A stretch of 64,000 nucleotides of DNA from Isurus oxyrinchus. Lineage: Eukaryota. Location: positions 86,552,001 to 86,616,000 of the forward strand of contig JANJGN010000017.1 in assembly GCA_026770705.1 (NCBI GenBank), given 5' to 3'. A program made the translations under genes and the position numbers. The notes beneath the pieces were generated by a model. It did no database searches. It had not been told where the DNA came from and saw nothing but the letters and a program-made list of their open reading frames with translations. Shown one piece after another: positions 39,621-52,134 of the stretch. How positions within the stretch are numbered: the stretch's first letter is position 1; every line of letters begins with the position of its first letter.

Positions 39621-40231
39621 GTCTGGCCTAAATGTGACTGCAGGTCTACAGCAAAGTTATTGGCTCTCAACTGCAATAAAGCAATAAATGCTTGCTGAGC
39701 CAGCGACGCCCAAAGTCTCTCAATATACACAAATTCACGCAGTCTATACGGATCTCGTTATAACCATTCTTACGGTAATACGAATTCTGAGTCGCAGACT
39801 CGCACTGCGATGTCAGTTTGTCTCCTCATTTAAAGGCCAACCTTGATGAAAAGTCTTTGGAAGGCTCTTGTGCTTCATTCAGGGTACAATGACTTACTGT
39901 ACTAGAATGCAATTACAGTTCTATATTTGAACACAACCCAGAGAGAGAAATATTAATAATTTAATAAGTGAACCTCCAAACGGGGATGAAAGTTCAGAAA
40001 AATTGGGTTGAAAGACAGAAAAATTACGATAGGTTTAAAACCCTTATTTTATTCCAGATTTTATTTTATTTCCCAGGTTTTACTCTTTTAAAAAGCGCTC
40101 GGCAACAATATGACAGCCGAGCGGGAATCAATGAAACAGTGGGCGGAATCTTCCCTTGAACTCCTCGCTGCAATAAAGTTAGCAACTGTCCATGGGACCT
40201 CCGCCCTCCACGTCACATGCGGCGCCCCACC

Positions 40232-40960
40232 AGAGGGCCAGTACTGAGGGAATGCAGTGATGCTGGAGGATGAGTACTGAAGAAATTTTGCAATGTTCGA
40301 GGATTCTTGCTGAATAAATTAAGCACTGTCAGAGGTTCATTTCTGAGTATGATCTTCATTGTTGGGCTGACGGAACACTGCAATGTCGGGAGGGCAGCAC
40401 TGTGGGAAAGCTGCAAACTCGGAAATCATTGCCGAGAGAACGCTGTAAACTCGGAGGGTTAGTAATGAGAGAGCGCTGCACTGTCGAGCTGTCCGTAATA
40501 AGAGAGTGCTGCAGTGTCCGGCGATCAGTGCGGAGGATGCGCTTTAATCCCTGAAGTTCTGTTCTGAGGGCGCCTAGCAGTATTGCAGTCTCCTTCCTTA
40601 GGGTATGCTGCATTTTTCGGAGATTCAGTACTGGGGAAGCACTGCGCAGTCCAAGCCTCAATTACTGAGACAATGCTGCACTGTCCAAATCACTAGCATG
40701 GTGAGTGCGCCGCATTCCCTTTTCAGAATGAGACGTTGAAGGCAGTCGCCCACTTCTCGGTCAGGTGATCTAGCTACAACTGGAGGCAAAGTTTTGCGAG
40801 TAAATGTTGTAATCGTCAAACTCATGGGTGGCAACAGATTAACATGAATGCTATCATTTTCCTTTTTTGGGGACATTGCTGTATTTATGTTGGCTACCAT
40901 CGTTCCTGAATCAAAATATGTGACTGCACATCCGACGAATTACATTGGCGCTAAAGCACT
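40232..40960 (+). repeat. Deu-domain SINE with an internal ~33-bp tandem expansion (about 15 degenerate units)
   Basis: Unit ~gtactgagggagtgctgcactgtcggagggtca is repeated over 40232-40720, then the normal SINE body resumes (ttttcagaatgagacgttgaa). Confidence 0.75.
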
Positions 40961-41699
40961 ATGGGAGTAGATCGATGGGGCAAAGGCCCGTTCCATTATT
41001 GATGATTTCAGAGTGTGAGATTCGCACCATGGCTGTTGAGTTTGTTAAGTGTGAGTGTGTGTGTGGCTCCGCAAAGGTTCATGAGCCGAGTTTGCGTGAT
41101 TCACTTCATGGTCCTTGAGCTCCAGGAGGCAAGAGAGATTTTTCTTAACGCAGACACAACAACGTATTGGTACACGTGATTCATCACTTAGACGATGAGC
41201 TTGCTTGATGTGACTCCTGCAATAGCCTCTTAACTCAGTATGTGCAATAATGAAAGCCAATATGCTTTGTAACTGTGAGCCCCTTCTTGCTCGATTCCAC
41301 TCTATGTTTGATTCAGCCCAGATACGACGGGCTTTGTGCAATGTCTGACGCATTTGGTGGGCGTAAGTATGCAGCCCTACCAAGGGCAGGTTTTGTGGAG
41401 GTGCAACCAGAAAATTCGTAGAGGGCTCCATATTTCAAAAAACGCATGCTGGAATTCGGTTTGGAATTTTGGCCTCGCCACTTTAATGGCGGGCTGATTG
41501 CTTCGGGTTTCCCGTTAATGTATTTCCGCAACTAAATTTGCATTGATTATCATATCAAGTGCATGCAATAAAATCACGATCCGCCAGAAATACTGCTGCA
41601 AATTGGAGTCGCTGCGTGTTTGGGATTGTAAATCTGCACACGAGGGCGTTTTTGTGATAACGTCCAAGAGTGACAACGCAGGGAAAATAGAAGTTCCAT

Positions 41700-42810
41700 G
41701 AACCCGATCAAGAGGCAGCGCAAGAGGTAAGTAGGATATGTGGAGTGATTCTACGTTACAGTATTCAAAGTAAAAATTGCTCGTTAGATTAAATTAAGAT
41801 TATTTAAGGTGTAAGAAGGAAAGTAAGGACCCGGACATTTACGTAATATTGTTTAAACGAGAAGAGCTAATAATAAAGAAGATAAGTCAGTAAAGTGTAG
41901 CTGGCCATCTCGAGTCTTCCCCCTGTGCGACTTCCGGGATGCTTCTAGCGTCCAGTGCGACAACGCGCGCAGGAAGTGCCTCTCGCTACAGCTCCTTGGA
42001 ATGCACGTTTTGTGGCTGGAGCTGCGGCTGGTAAAACTGTGGAACATCTTCAGTCCTGAGATCTTCGTGGAATGTGCGTGCAGTGTGGCTGCTATGCGGA
42101 GGTAAATTCTGCACTGGAATAAAGGGTGACAGCCGCCAGACGGAAAAAAAAGTCATTCTGCAGGATTCTCATGGGTTTATATCCCTCCCCAACAGATGTT
42201 CTGTTTTGGGCACTGCTGGGGAGATTGCTTCTCTCCAAAATGCAACAGCCAAGTCCCTGGCAGCACGAGCAGCTCAGCTGTACTTGTATGGTAGGGGGAG
42301 GGGAGGAAGGAAAAAGGAAAACATAGGAAAGCAATATTGATAGGGAATCCTTTCATAAGGGGACAAGATAGACGATTCTCCAGTGTGGCACCAGGATGTT
42401 ATGTTGCCTCACCTGTGCCAGGATCAATGATGGCGCTGAGCAGGTGCATGAAATTCTGAAGGGGAAGGAGAACAACAAGAGCTCGTGGCCAATATTGGCA
42501 CCAATGAGATTGGTAAATGGGAGGGGTGAATCCCTGCAAGCAGTGTCGAGGGAACTAGGAAATAATTTAAAATGCAGGTCCTCAAAGCTAAAAAATTCAG
42601 AGTGCTACGTGTTAACGAGTTCGGGATTGGGATAATGGACCACACATTTCTGGCTGGCGAGATGGTCTGGGAAGGGGGGATTTAAATTCCTGAAATGTTG
42701 GGAGCAATTGTAAGTAAGATGGAGCATGGACAAGCTGGAAGTTGTACGCCTGCAGGACCGTCACCAACATCCTCCCAGCGTACTTCGCAAATGCTTTGGG
42801 CAAATGTTTA
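41700..42810 (+). mobile_element. CR1 LINE 5' region / ORF1 (Zn-finger + SGNH esterase)
   Basis: AILIGNPFIRGQDRRF and MLCCLTCARINDGAEQVHEILKG, resembling CR1 ORF1 VIGDSIVRGTDRRF...CCLPGARV. Confidence 0.75.
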
Positions 42811-44253
42811 AACTACAGTGGTGGTGGGGGGTGGGGGGTTGGGTGTGGGGTGGTTGGGGCGGTGTTTGCTCTGAGCTAGCCGACGGAGACAGATGAACGA
42901 TGGAAAAGTCGAAAACAATAATATACGGCTGGCAGCAAAGAGTGCCATAGTACAAAAAACTGCAAAAACGTTGAAAAGACAAGGCTAAAAGTGAAATGTC
43001 AACATCCTTAATGAAAAAGGAAACTGAATCCAAGGGACAGTGGCCATTCTGGAAGACTGAAAATGGAAATGTTTAAAAAAGAAAAGTAAATCATTTAGCT
43101 TTAAGATACATCGTGCGACTAATCAGGAGGCCGGAGGGAAAGAAAGTTGGTGGAAATCAAAAAAAAAGAGGATGGGATCAGACGGGTAGTGAAAGCTTCA
43201 ATGGGAGAAAGAGAGAGGCTGGAATTCGGTCAGAAAACAAGAATGGGGGAAAGTGAATCGGGGAGAATGGGAAGAAGACGAGAAGGAGAGAGAGGAGCAA
43301 AGCAAGAACAAAGGATACAAAAGAGAGATGGGTGAGCGAAGGAATGAGAAGGAAGTTGAGAGAGCAGGACCAGCAGACAGAGTCAGAATGAGAGAAGGAA
43401 CATAAAGGAGGATTTTTATAAAAAAAACAACAAAAAAGTGGAGAAGGAGAAAAATGAGGGAGTTAAAGAACGAAAGTGAAGGTTTCAGAGAGGACCGAGT
43501 GCAGATAGGGGAATGAGTGGCAGAGAGAGCAGTGAAAGTGAGGAATAACCTGGAAATGGCAGTGAAATTAAAACTAATGTGAATAGAGGAGAGAATACGT
43601 CGAAGGAGATTGATGGGAAAGGGAAGAATGTAGATGTGGGAGGTCAGTATTATGGAAGGGAAGTAGAGAAGAGAGTGGTAGGATGTGAACCGGAGGGGTG
43701 CACGAAATGAGACAGGAGTGAGAGTACTAGTTGTGATGGTTGATCGCTTGGATTAACACAATGATTTTGCTTAAAGCAAACTCAGCTTGCTCACCTGAAC
43801 CCTCAGCTCAGGTTTGAATCAAGCACCCAGAGCAGCACACAATTCGCGGCTTTCTGTGAAACACCATTTTCAACTTATGCAAAAAGAAAAACGATGCACT
43901 TGGTAATGAATGCAAGCCAAATCACATAATCTCAGATGCACACACACTGCCCACACACTGCGACCATACAAAAACCCATCTCAACCCCTAGCTTACACAT
44001 GTTCACTAAGTGCAGGCCCACTCAACTCCACCACGCCGCAGCCCACCCCCGGACTCCCAAACACCTATCTTCCAAACATCAAACTGCAGACTCCCACGCT
44101 GCACATATTAACATCCTGCACGATCTGACCAGCAACATATCCATCACATTCCCTAACTGTGTAATCTCCCACAACAAACAAGATCAAGAAAACTATGTGT
44201 CGTCGGTCGTCGCCCTGCTACCTCCAAAACCTGGACTTCGTCTTGGTAGGGTT

Positions 44254-44352
44254 TCACTGCTTCTCTTTCCTGCTTTCCCGTCGGCAGTAAAGGTAGACAT
44301 TGATAGGATGGACGTAGGTCAGTGTTACCAGGATGATTAATCCGATGTTCAG
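44254..44352 (-). CDS. slc43a3: SLC43A3-like last coding exon with stop codon
   Basis: acgcag|CTG...TGA, 99 nt. LNIGLIILVTLTYVHPINVYLYCRRESRKEKQ* vs human VNVMFMLAILLTFFHPFLVYRECR. Confidence 0.92.
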   Translation of the reverse strand: MNIGLIILVTLTYVHPINVYLYCRRESRKEKQ

Positions 44353-44439
44353 CTGCGTCAAAGAGGGCAAATAAAACGTAAATAAATATATTCACAGCAT
44401 TGATACCTCTATCACTTCTCATCAAATCGTATTGGATAT

Positions 44440-46070
44440 TCTTAAGCGGCTAATATCTGGGACCTGAGACCTAAACCTAAAGTTCTTAAAGAGATTTCTG
44501 CAGTTCAAAGGTTGGTGGAAATTATTATTTCCCCAAATTTTTTAGATTAGAAACGATCTCATCAGATGGAAAGTTGTAAAATTTTGCGAAACTTTTCAAG
44601 AAAGGAGGAAGAGAAAACAAATGAAATAAATATGAACTGCAGGCCATTTCGTCGAACACCAATCTCTAGGGGAAATGGTGTCACCTACTGTTAAGGAAAC
44701 CTTAATAATTACTTCGAAAAATCATAGTACAATTAGGTCAAGTCGAGCAGGTTTTCCAAAGGTGACCCCTGTTTGACAAATTTATTGGAAAAATGTTTTA
44801 ACGATGTTGCACTCATCGTAGATAATGGATGCCAGCAGATGCTGTATACCTGGATATTCAACGGACACATCAAACTTTAGTAGGCAAGATAAGGCATTGG
44901 AGTTTCACGGCTGTATGTGAGTGGTGAATAGAATATGCAAATGGATGGTTGATTGTTTAAAGGACAGAACACAAGTAAAGTGCACAAACCTGAGTTTTTC
45001 AAGCATACTATTAGTGAAAAGTGCCCTGTCGTAAAGATCCGTGCTGGGGCCTTAGCTTTTTCCAATCAATATTGATGGCTTAGATGAAAATTCAATGTGT
45101 AATGTGCCTAGGTGTGCTGACGGTACAACGCTATGCAAAATGTTTATCTGTGGGTTTGGTACAAAGAGGCTGCAAAGAGATAGAGACGGCGTAAGTGAAT
45201 TGGCCAGAAATCTGGATTTGGAAGTAAATGGAGTGGAGTGAGAAGTTGTAAACTTTGGTTCCAAGAGTAGGAAAGCATTTATTTCGTCCGCAGATGTGAA
45301 CCTTTTAAATGTTGATTATGATAGAGACTTGGATGTGTTTTTCGATGAAGAAGACAACTAATTCACAGACAGGTACAACAAACAAAAATTACCATTATTG
45401 GGATGTTGATCATTTTTGCAATGGGATTTAAATACAAAGACAAAGAAGTCTAGCTAAAATTGGGCAGGGTTACGTAGAAACCCCATCTGGAGTGCTGTGT
45501 GCACGTTTGGTCTCCATGTTTATGAATAACTATATGTTTGCATTGGCGGTGGAACATTGAACTCTCACTAAATTGATCTCTGAGATGAGCGTGTTGACCA
45601 GTTACGAGAGGCTGAGCAGGATTAGTCCATATCCCATGTAGTCTAGTAGAAATGGAGGCGACATAATTGAAACATATACATTTCTGATGAATCTAAGGTG
45701 GAGACTGAGGGATAACTATCGGTAGACGAGGGAATCTAATACCCGGGGTCACATTCTCACGTAAGGGGCCGACTCTTTAGTGCTGAAATGAGAAGAAAAT
45801 ACCTCACGAAAATGGTTTTGGATCTTTGCAATTCTATACTCCGGAAGAATGTGGAGGTTTGCTGCTTGAAAACATTTAACTCCAGTATACATATACTTAT
45901 TTGTTTTCAGATTTCTGCCTCTTAAGAAGTCAGAGGATATAGGAGCGGCCAGGAAAATGGGGTTGAATCCCTACCTTAACCATAATTAACCCACCTTAAC
46001 CCTGATTAGCCGGGCTGGCTCGAGGGGTGAAATGGACTACTGCTGCCCTGTTTCTTGCGTTCCTTTGTTT
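44440..46070 (+). mobile_element. CR1 LINE RT to 3' tail, in the last slc43a3 intron
   Basis: FKKGGR, CLTNLL, DAVYLD, SVLGP, INIDGLD and LECCVHVWSP remnants. Tail ggctcgaggggtgaaatggactac. Confidence 0.85.
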
Positions 46071-46079
46071 TTTCTGGTT

Positions 46080-46640
46080 CATAAAGTGAACCAGCAGAGA
46101 AGGCGGTCATTCATAGTTCCCTTGTCGTCTCTTCCAAAACGAAATACAATTGGCTGAACTCCACAGCTATTTCGCAATAGGCCTACTTTTTACCGCTTCA
46201 AAGTTCTGTCCAAGCATTTTCAGAGGCTGGTCTTATATCTCAATCACTTTCAGGCATTGAGTTTAAAATTTTAACCAGTCATTCCTTGAACATGTGCTTC
46301 CCTCATGCAAACTCTTTTGCAAATCAGCATAAATATTTGCCCTCTGCTTATAGACACTGCTCACAGTGCAAATAGCTTCACTTTTGATTCTATATCTAAA
46401 TTCTTAATATTTTTGAACACAGCCAACAAATGTGCTCTGAAAAGCCATCTGTTCAAAAGAACATAATCTCCTCATAGCTGTACCAAGCCCTCCCCGCTCT
46501 GAAAAACTGTATACAATTGCTCCTGTGCATTGATCAAGGCCTACACATTCTTCCAAAATAGTGGTGTCCAAAATTATACAGAAAGCTCCAGCTGGGACAG
46601 AACTAATGTTTTATATAGGTAAAAAATTATCTCCATATTG
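46080..46640 (-). mobile_element. CR1 LINE 3' fragment
   Basis: gtggtgtccaaaattatacagaaagctccagc (LE...QFWTP-like on the minus strand) and a tail remnant. Confidence 0.6.
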
Positions 46641-46877
46641 TGCTGTTTCTTTTCCCATTGATGATGTTCAGTGTCTCTAAGAGGTGGCGGGTGGTGGAAG
46701 ATGGGCGGGTGGGCGGGGAGGGGTGCTGGGTCGTTCGGGGATTTGAGGCTTGTGGTAAAGGAGTACCATTTAGCCCTGAATACTTAACTTGAACGTTCAT
46801 CGACGTATAGCCTCTGGTTGATCTTATGATTCAATCTCACTCCCAGTCAGAAGCTATTTCTGTGTATCCTTATGTAC

Positions 46878-47027
46878 NNNNNNNNNNNNNNNNNNNNNNN
46901 NNNNNNNNNNNNNNNNNNNNNNNNNNNNNNNNNNNNNNNNNNNNNNNNNNNNNNNNNNNNNNNNNNNNNNNNNNNNNNNNNNNNNNNNNNNNNNNNNNNN
47001 NNNNNNNNNNNNNNNNNNNNNNNNNNN
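46878..47027. other. Assembly gap (150 N)
   Basis: Run of n, flanked on the right by a (tcta)n microsatellite, 70 bp from the penultimate slc43a3 exon. Confidence 1.
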
Positions 47028-47096
47028 CGCGCATGTCTATCTATCTATCTATCCATCTGTAATGCCGCTGACCTCCCAATATTAAACGATACTCAC

Positions 47097-47220
47097 ATAC
47101 AGTGGGTTGTGTTGTAAAGGTCCCTCGACCAGAGCAAACAAGGGGTACTCCAGCAGAGAGACAACTGCCGAGACAGCCAGTCCTAGGCCAAAGATTTTCC
47201 CGAAGTGGCAGGGAGGGAAG
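47097..47220 (-). CDS. slc43a3: SLC43A3-like penultimate coding exon
   Basis: ctgcag|...|gtgagt, 124 nt. FPPCHFGKIFGLGLAVSAVVSLLEYPLFALVEGPLQHNPLY vs human [41 protein letters not shown]. Confidence 0.94.
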
Positions 47221-47613
47221 CTGCAGTAAAGAAGACGAGCAGACAAGCGGTTTTAGTGAGTTATTTCATTTCCACAACAGAGAAAGGGATGATTCAAACA
47301 ACAGATAAAGACGCTGTTTACGGAAAACATATTAGCATGTCATATTTCTAAATGATGTATTTGCTCGCTTTTCCTTATATCGATCAGCGATATCCAATTA
47401 AACGCTCCTTGTGTTATAAATTACGTACTGTGACAAGGCTTGTCGACATTTCAGTGTACATGGGAATCCGAGTTGACTCCTTGTTTCAGAATCTCTCATG
47501 TAATAATATGACAGGAGTTACAAAGGATCCTGGTCTCACAATTCCTGACTGTATGACCTGCGTTTAGTTGCACAGATGTGGGGAGACTCCCTGGCTGTCA
47601 CGGGTTTACTTAC

Positions 47614-47806
47614 GTGATGGTGATGAAAGAGGCATTTCCACCAAACAGGAATGCTCGACTGATCACTTGCAGGACGAAGGTCAGATACTGAACGTCCAGT
47701 ATAGGGATAGTGGCGAATATTGCGAAGAGAAGACACTGCGTGACCGTAATGGCGAGAGACAACACTGCAGATTTCATATCAGCCAGTCTCATGGAACTGG
47801 CAGAAC
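47614..47806 (-). CDS. slc43a3: SLC43A3-like coding exon (5' boundary uncertain: 47806 with a TG acceptor, or 47842 with an AG acceptor)
   Basis: GSASSMRLADMKSAVLSLAITVTQCLLFAIFATIPILDVQYLTFVLQVISRAFLFGGNASFITIT vs human ...[31 protein letters not shown]. Donor gtaagt. Confidence 0.9.
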
Positions 47807-48199
47807 CAGAGGAGCAGCAAGAAAGACAATGAATGTCAAACACTAAGAATGCACTGGAGGATCTGTTAAATTACATTGGGCCCAATGCAGGAGCAGAGAG
47901 AGGGGTGAATAACATTGCTGCACCGTCCAGTGAAAAATGCGCTCTTGCAATTCATCTGGTGGAGGAATTAATGATTAAGTTGGCGGCGAAAGCGCTGATC
48001 CAAAGCCAGCTCTGTTTAATTTGAAACAGATCGTTCTCATTAGTGTTAGAAATTCAGTCATCTACAATTGGAAATCAGTCTATCACATCCCTGAACAGAA
48101 CCTGAGCATAGTTTTAGGTGTGAACCTGTGAATTATTTGCCATAACGTTCACTGCATTTTTCCTGGTCCTGTAGCTACAATATGCACCTCCCTGCTTCA

Positions 48200-48920
48200 T
48201 GTGAGTTTTTCATAGTTCATAGATGTTTACAGCTCAGAGTGAGGTTAGTTGGTGCATCGTGTCCATGCCAGTGAACAAAGACCTGGCTACACTAATCCAG
48301 TTCGCCAGTACGTGGGCCCTATGCTTGGAAGCTATTGTAACACAAACGATTGTGTAAATACTTCCAAAATGTGAAGTGAGGTTCTGACTCAAACATCATT
48401 ACAGGCAATGCGTTCCAGACTCCCATCACTCTCTCGATTAAAAAGAAAACCTCTTGAAAGTCCCTCCTAGCCTTCAAGCTTTTACCTTAATTCTATGCTC
48501 TCTGGTTAGTTACCCCTCTACTGATGGAAAAAAAAAATGCTTTCCAAATGCAGCCTATCTACGACACTGATAATCTTATACACATATACCAGGTCCACTC
48601 TTAACCGTAACTGCTCCAATGAAAACAACGCCAGCCAATAGAGCATTTCCTCATAGTTCAGGGTCTCCAGCCCAGGCTGCATCTTGGTAAATCTCAACTG
48701 CACCCCTTCCATTGAAATCACACATTTTCTTCCATGTGGTGACCAGAACTGCACGCAACGCTCCAATTGTGGACTAAACAGCGTTTTGTGCTGCTCCAGC
48801 ATAACCTCCCTTGTATCTACAGCTCGAATAATAAAGGCAAGTTTCCCATGTGCCTTCTCAACCAACATACCTACCTACTCTGCTATCCTGATGGATCTGT
48901 GGATATGCACACCAATTTTC
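48200..48920 (-). mobile_element. CR1 LINE 3' fragment
   Basis: ORF 48518..48868 KAHGKLAFI...PQLERCVQFWSPH...EGVQLRFTKMQPGLE...LFSLEQLRLRVDL, the classic CR1 C-terminus. Confidence 0.9.
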
Positions 48921-48939
48921 TCTTCAATCCTAAACCCCG

Positions 48940-51205
48940 AAATGATAATGAAGGCCACTCAATGATTGTAATGCCGTCCAATATCAGGCTTATAATCTCA
49001 CTTGCTGGCGATTGCCATTGCCTGGCACTTGCGTGCAATGAATGTTTCCCGAGGCTAAATGTTGTCGTGGACGTGCTTCATACTGGTGCGGAAACCTACA
49101 GCAATTGCTTGAATGGCAGTGAAACTGAGCGTTGGCAAACTATCCTTCAACGTTCAAAGATCCTTCTGCTGGAAATGCCATAAATTAAACAATCAACGAT
49201 AGATGGTCTTTGAAAAGTGCACTGTGATAGCCTAGTTTTGTAAAAAAATGCAATAACAATATATAATTAAAAATATATATATTATGTGCTAGATACGACT
49301 CTGGTCACTGCAGAGTTGAAAGCTTCAAAGAAACAATCTCGGGAAGTGGACGTCGCTGGCTCGGCCAGAATTTACTGCCCATTGCTAATTACCATGAGAG
49401 GCGGCAATGAGTCACTACCTTCTTGAACAGCTGTAGTCAATGTGGTGTTGGTGCATCCACAAAGCTGTTAAGGAAGGAATTCCATAAATGACCCAGCAAC
49501 GGTCAAGGAACGGCAATATATTTCCAAGTCAGGATGCTGTGTAGGTTAGAGCATAAGATTCACTTGTGGTTTTGTTTTTTAACTTGACGAGGCGCCTTGA
49601 TGTCACTATCTGTCAAATTTAACCAAGCCTGTCACTCAGACCTCACATTTCATTGTAGCTCATTTTTTTCCAGTTCTACACCAAGGTTATCATCAGGTGG
49701 TAGGAGTGGAACCGAATATGAATAATGCTGAGCAAATTTTGATTGATAGTTCTGCAGACGACACCTATTATTTTGCTCACGCAGAGCACTTAGGTGTTGT
49801 TGTGGCGGGGTGTGGGGCAGTGGTAATTGGCTGTGATTGATTTTGTTCTTCGATGTTCTACAGGCGATACTTGCCTGGGAAATTCTCAACATTTTTGGTT
49901 AAATGGCAGTGTTGCAGTTGCAGCTGGAGCGACTTGCTTTGGCAAGGATCTGTCTCTGGAGAAGGCTCTTAATAGTACTAGAGCGAGAATATAGTAATCT
50001 CGATTTCCTGAGCTTTATCAGTGCCGTCAGCTTGGTTGCTTTCCTGTGTAATTAATTGGTTTTACAAGAAGACTAGCATTTCTGATTTGAAGTCTATGGA
50101 GTCTGTCCAGCTGAATGATCCACTGAGTGTTTCAAATTGAAGGTGGTTTCAAATGCTTCCGTGACATGAATGGTCAATTTGCTTGATGGCAATTTTGAGG
50201 GTCGAATGAAGGATATGCTGGGCCATAAATTTGAATATAATGGTTAAACTCAAATCCACTGCTCATGACCCACAGTGCTTCATGTCCAGGTGTGACATGC
50301 TACATTTATTTTAATAGATCCCATTTAGCACACTGAAAAGTCCACATTCTATGGAAATAAGTTACCCAGTGTAAACACAGAACTCTATTTCACAACAACT
50401 TTGATGGGGTGACTCCTAACAACACAGTTCTGGACAGCGGATTCTCTAGAGGACATTAATGAAGGGATGGTCAAGCCAGATATTCCCTCGCATTGGTTCT
50501 CTAATTACCTGCCCTGGCCGAGTTAGCTACCAATATCAGCCAGGACTCGGCAAACACGATCAGAGCCTATGTGATGGGCTGTGCTGGATGGTTTACATTC
50601 TTCCTTCTTATTAGCCTGAACATTATCTCGAAGAGTTGTTCAGCATAGAGCAGCGCTGTTTCACATCATATGGAAGAGTGGAGGGTAGAAATCAGTAGAA
50701 GGCTCCCTTACCCACATGTGACGAGATGGCATGGGAGAGTATGTGGTCCAGAGTCCAGTTTCACCTCTCCAGTGATGCAGTTATTTGGCTGTTACTACTT
50801 CTTCTGATCTGTCATGCTGCTGTGACATGACTTATCCAGGGGCGGATATTGAGGGAGAAAAACACAAGGTGCTGGAAAAACTGGGCCTGCCTGGCAACAT
50901 CAGTGCACAGAAGCAGAGACAAATGAATCGAATATGACACTTCTTTGGAATTGATGCTGTGATGGAAGTGTCTGGGAGATTGCCTAAATCTTATAACTCA
51001 TTAAATCTGGCGATTGTACACGTCCTCCAAAACACAAGGTGAAAAAACAAACTCCTCCACCTGCAAGGCCCCATTCAAGATAGGCACATTGCTGACTTGG
51101 AAATATGCTTTGTCACAATTTTTCACATGTGCTTCAGTGCTTGAAGAAGGCGTCCCAGCACAACCGTCTCAGGGGAAACTAGAGATTGGCACTGAATACT
51201 GGAAG
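48940..51205 (-). mobile_element. Fragments of the second CR1-group LINE family (mostly antisense, with a sense tail at ~50990-51205)
   Basis: Homologous to 62200-63380 and 39110-39620. A short Penelope terminus is embedded at ~50860-50950. Confidence 0.6.
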
Positions 51206-52014
51206 TGACAGAAACAAACACACGTGATATATAAAAAAACACAGACACATCCATCCCAGGGATTCAACTGCATGAAATCCCTTCTACCAGATCAGTCCCA
51301 TAGAGCAGGGACTTGCCCATATTTCTGGTACAATAATTGTACACCATGGAGAGAAACAGCGAGTTCTTCATTAAGATACGTGTTCCCCAGCATGACTCGT
51401 CCAACCAATGCCTCCATCTGGAGGCACATTTGACTCCTGTTCATGGGGTCCGAGGTTGATATGTCTGGGGCAGACCGAGTTTTACTGTCTTCATCTGCTG
51501 AGATTGGCATAGAATTAAATGTTCGCATCTTGATTAACTGAGACTGGGAATTTCTTAAATTTCAGATTCGATTTCTTCAGAGTGATGGAGCTGGATCTTC
51601 ACAGTTCACTTCCTTATGCTGTGTGGGAGCTGAGAGTTCCTATTTTGATTAAGAGGTTCTCACAGTGAGCACAAATGGCCTCACGTTTGCATGACTCGCA
51701 GCTGAGTTTGAGCTTTTCCCTCACACATATATTGAATGAGCCTGTGCTGGCACTGTCTGTTAACGGTTTGGCCACTAGAAATGGGTAGGAAACAATGTGT
51801 TCAAAGATAGAGTAACTAAGATCTGGAGGGGGCTGAGTTCCCACACCTAGATTAAATGAGACCATTGTGAGTTGACTGAATAGACTTGGAATAAGTGTGA
51901 ATTGGAGACAGTTGGGTTATGATAATTTGATTACCTGAGACTGGAAGATGGCTGAGTGATCATGCTTGGATTCCCTTTGGCTGAGGGAGAGCTGAGCGAT
52001 TATACTTAGATTAC

Positions 52015-52134
52015 CTGAGAGAGCAGCTGGTGAATTTGCTTTCCTTTTGTTCCTGCCCATGATCAGCCCATTAAATGGAGAAAATAAGAGGCCACACAAC
52101 TGTGTGAAGGCGAAGGCATTTGTAAACCGACTAA
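52015..52134 (-). CDS. slc43a3: SLC43A3-like coding exon
   Basis: cctcag|...|gtaatc, 120 nt. [40 protein letters not shown] vs human [27 protein letters not shown]. Confidence 0.93.

Noticed and set aside
40232-40720. CRISPR-like array of ~33-bp units
   Set aside because: Units are contiguous with no unique spacers, run into a SINE body, and there are no cas genes; the context is vertebrate.
46878-47027. Missing slc43a3 exon hidden in the N gap
   Set aside because: The flanking exons 47097-47220 and 44254-44352 already join in frame and match consecutive protein segments.
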